Shown: one piece after another, positions 14,802 through 16,435 of the stretch
Layout: every line of letters begins with the position of its first letter
Position numbering within the stretch: position 1 is the first letter of the stretch
IMG/VR virus record: IMGVR_UViG_2690315742_000009
Span: 1 to 16,435 of that record
Strand: one strand, 5' to 3'
DNA length: 16,435 nt
Source of the DNA: a virus
Taxonomy: Duplodnaviria; Heunggongvirae; Uroviricota; Caudoviricetes
The notes under the pieces: model-generated
What the model was told of the DNA's origin: nothing
What the model saw: only the letters and a program-made list of their open reading frames with translations
Databases searched by the model: none
Program-made: the position numbers and the translations under genes

Positions 14802-14870
14802 ATGAATGATCGCCTTTTTTTGCAAAATTGCTGTGCAGAAATACTAACCTTCGGGCAGGCGATCATTCAT
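14802..14870. repeat. Perfect 13-bp inverted repeat (ATGAATGATCGCC / GGCGATCATTCAT) with 43-nt structured loop
   Basis: Loop contains a CC-UUCG-GG tetraloop hairpin and a T7 tract; lies between the tRNA array and the lysis genes. Confidence 0.6.
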
Positions 14871-14950
14871 AAGCACTCTGCTTTTATTCCGATTAACTGT
14901 GGGTGTGGTTTGTTGGATAGAGTGCTTTCCTTTCTGTATATATCGTTTCG

Positions 14951-14973
14951 CCCGCTTTTGCGGTTTTTTCTTT
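14951..14973 (+). terminator. Weak terminator-like hairpin with long U-tract upstream of the holin gene
   Basis: CCCGC-TTTT-GCGG followed by TTTTTTCTTTT; preceded by a promoter-like TTGGAT-17/18-(G)TATAT(A) at 14913-14942. Confidence 0.4.
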
Positions 14974-15034
14974 TCAAATCCCTTTCATTTCTCAGTGTAA
15001 AACTACGCCATCCGTTATTTGCGGAGGTGAGGCT

Positions 15035-15250
15035 ATGAAATCCATGGACAAAATTTCAACGGGCATTGCCTACGGCACCTCCGCAGGCAGTGCTGGCTAC
15101 TGGTTTTTACAGTGGCTTGATCAGGTCAGTCCTTCACAGTGGGCTGCGATTGGTGTACTGGGGAGTCTGGTTCTGGGCTTCCTGACTTATCTGACAAATC
15201 TGTACTTCAAAATCAGAGAAGACAAGCGTAAGGCTGCACGGGGAGAGTAA
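15035..15250 (+). CDS. Class II holin, phage 21 S-type pinholin with dual-start motif
   Basis: GGAGGTGAGG SD. N-terminus MKSMDKI gives two in-frame starts (Met1, Met4) as in the S21 antiholin/holin pair; two transmembrane segments; basic C-terminus. Matches S21/EssQ-like sequence as recalled. Confidence 0.85.
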   Translation: MKSMDKISTGIAYGTSAGSAGYWFLQWLDQVSPSQWAAIGVLGSLVLGFLTYLTNLYFKIREDKRKAARGE

Positions 15251-15254
15251 TTCA

Positions 15255-15605
15255 ATGACTCAAAACTATGAACTGATTGTGAAAGGAATCCGCAATTTTG
15301 AGAATAAAGTTACGGTAACTTTAGCGTTACGGGACAAAAAAGGCTTTGACGGTGAAATTTTTGACCTGGACATCTCGCTGGACCGTGTTGAAGGTGCCGC
15401 GCTGGAGTTTTATGAGGCAGCAGCCAGAAGGAGCATCAGACAGGTCTTCCTGGATGTTGCTGCCGGGTTATGTGAAGGGGATGAGCAGTCGCCGGAAAAG
15501 CGCCCCGTAATTTTAGATGCGCAGAATGTTTGGATAACCTACAAAGGAAAGCTACCAGGAAGAATTACTGGTTCTCTGAAGACTCCTCCGGAATCACAAC
15601 CTTAA
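15255..15605 (+). CDS. Hypothetical cytoplasmic protein (116 aa) between holin and endolysin
   Basis: GGGGAGAG SD 8 nt upstream of ATG, 4 nt after the holin stop. No transmembrane or signal sequence; no recognisable motif. Confidence 0.6.
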   Translation: MTQNYELIVKGIRNFENKVTVTLALRDKKGFDGEIFDLDISLDRVEGAALEFYEAAARRSIRQVFLDVAAGLCEGDEQSPEKRPVILDAQNVWITYKGKLPGRITGSLKTPPESQP

Positions 15606-15668
15606 GTCACTGACCGGAACAGATAAACCTGTCCGTGGGCAGAAACCGATAAATCCTGATAAATATCC

Positions 15669-16202
15669 ATGAACGCAAAAATCAGATACGGCCTGTCGGC
15701 TGCCGTTCTGGCACTGATTGCCGTCGGTGCGCCCGCGCCTGATATTCTCGACCAGTTTCTGGATGAAAAAGAAGGTAACCACACAACGGCATACCGCGAT
15801 GGGTCCGGCATCTGGACCATCTGTCGGGGTGCCACGATGGTGGATGGAAAACCCGTTTTTCCCGGTATGAAACTGTCGAAGGAAAAATGCGACCAGGTCA
15901 ACGCCATTGAGCGTGATAAGGCGCTGGCATGGGTGGAGCGCAATATTAAAGTACCACTGACCGAGCCACAAAAAGCCGGTATCGCGTCATTTTGTCCCTA
16001 TAACATTGGCCCCGGTAAGTGTTTTCCGTCGACGTTTTATAAGCGGCTGAATGCTGGTGATCGTAAAGGTGCATGCGAGGCGATTCGCTGGTGGATAAAA
16101 GATGGTGGGCGCGATTGCCGCATACGTTCAAATAACTGCTATGGACAGGTTATTCGTCGTGACCAGGAAAGCGCATTAGCCTGTTGGGGGATAGATCAGT
16201 GA
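15669..16202 (+). CDS. SAR-type endolysin (T4-lysozyme-like muramidase with N-terminal signal-anchor-release segment)
   Basis: N-terminal weakly hydrophobic Gly/Ala-rich segment ([17 protein letters not shown]) followed by an E...D...T catalytic arrangement ([20 protein letters not shown]); 177 aa, typical of phage 21 R-type SAR endolysins. Confidence 0.85.
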   Translation: MNAKIRYGLSAAVLALIAVGAPAPDILDQFLDEKEGNHTTAYRDGSGIWTICRGATMVDGKPVFPGMKLSKEKCDQVNAIERDKALAWVERNIKVPLTEPQKAGIASFCPYNIGPGKCFPSTFYKRLNAGDRKGACEAIRWWIKDGGRDCRIRSNNCYGQVIRRDQESALACWGIDQ

Positions 16203-16435
16203 GCAGAGTCGCCGCGATTATTTATGCTCTGGTTATCTGCATCATCGTCTGCCTGTCGTGGGCGGTCAATCATTACCGTGATAACGCCATCGCCTACAAA
16301 GAACAGCGTGATAAAAAAGTCAGTGAGCTGAAGCTGGCGATCGCCACCATCGCTGACATGCAGCAGCGTCAGCGTGATGTTGCTGCGCTCGATGCAAAGT
16401 ACTCGAGAGAATTAGCCAATGCGCAAGCTGAAAAT
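16199..16435 (+). CDS. Rz-like i-spanin (N-terminal part; continues beyond the window)
   Basis: GTG at 16199 overlapping the endolysin stop. N-terminal transmembrane segment ([18 protein letters not shown]) followed by a charged, coiled-coil-like region. No stop within the window. Confidence 0.6.
   Translation, partial: MSRVAAIIYALVICIIVCLSWAVNHYRDNAIAYKEQRDKKVSELKLAIATIADMQQRQRDVAALDAKYSRELANAQAEN

Noticed and set aside
14802-15038. 78-aa plus-strand ORF between the tRNA array and the holin
   Set aside because: Spans the 13-bp inverted repeat and the terminator-like hairpin; translation is Leu/Phe-rich and low-complexity; the region is better explained as structured non-coding RNA/DNA.
15594-15971. 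Minus-strand ORFs (125 aa and 113 aa) opposite the endolysin gene
   Set aside because: Antisense to a well-supported SAR endolysin; no SD; artifacts of the open antisense frame.

Overview
The window reads as the left arm of a lambdoid prophage of the Rac/Qin type from an E. coli-like host, running from the integrase to the lysis cassette. Order, left to right: integrase and excisionase-like gene (minus strand); an 813-aa exonuclease with a RecE-like N-terminal region and a DEDDh 3'-5' exonuclease C-terminus; a dicF-dicB-ydfD division-inhibition module; a cI-like repressor with S24 peptidase domain divergent from a Cro/DicC-like gene, with three copies of a GTAAC-N4-GTTAC operator palindrome; replication genes (O-like initiator with five embedded 23-bp iterons, DnaC-like loader); a block of small accessory genes including two very acidic proteins; a complete hok-type type I toxin locus; a rem-like gene, DUF968 protein, RusA and a Q-like candidate; four tightly packed tRNA genes; and a phage-21-type lysis cassette (dual-start pinholin, an unexplained 116-aa ORF, SAR-type endolysin, partial Rz). 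All protein identities come from motif reading and recalled similarity, not database searches. I do not see an unambiguous novel multi-gene system. The least explained elements are the exonuclease fusion without a RecT partner, the two acidic small proteins, the ORF between holin and endolysin, the structured RNA-like region after the tRNAs, and an overlapping sense/antisense ORF pair in the early-left operon.
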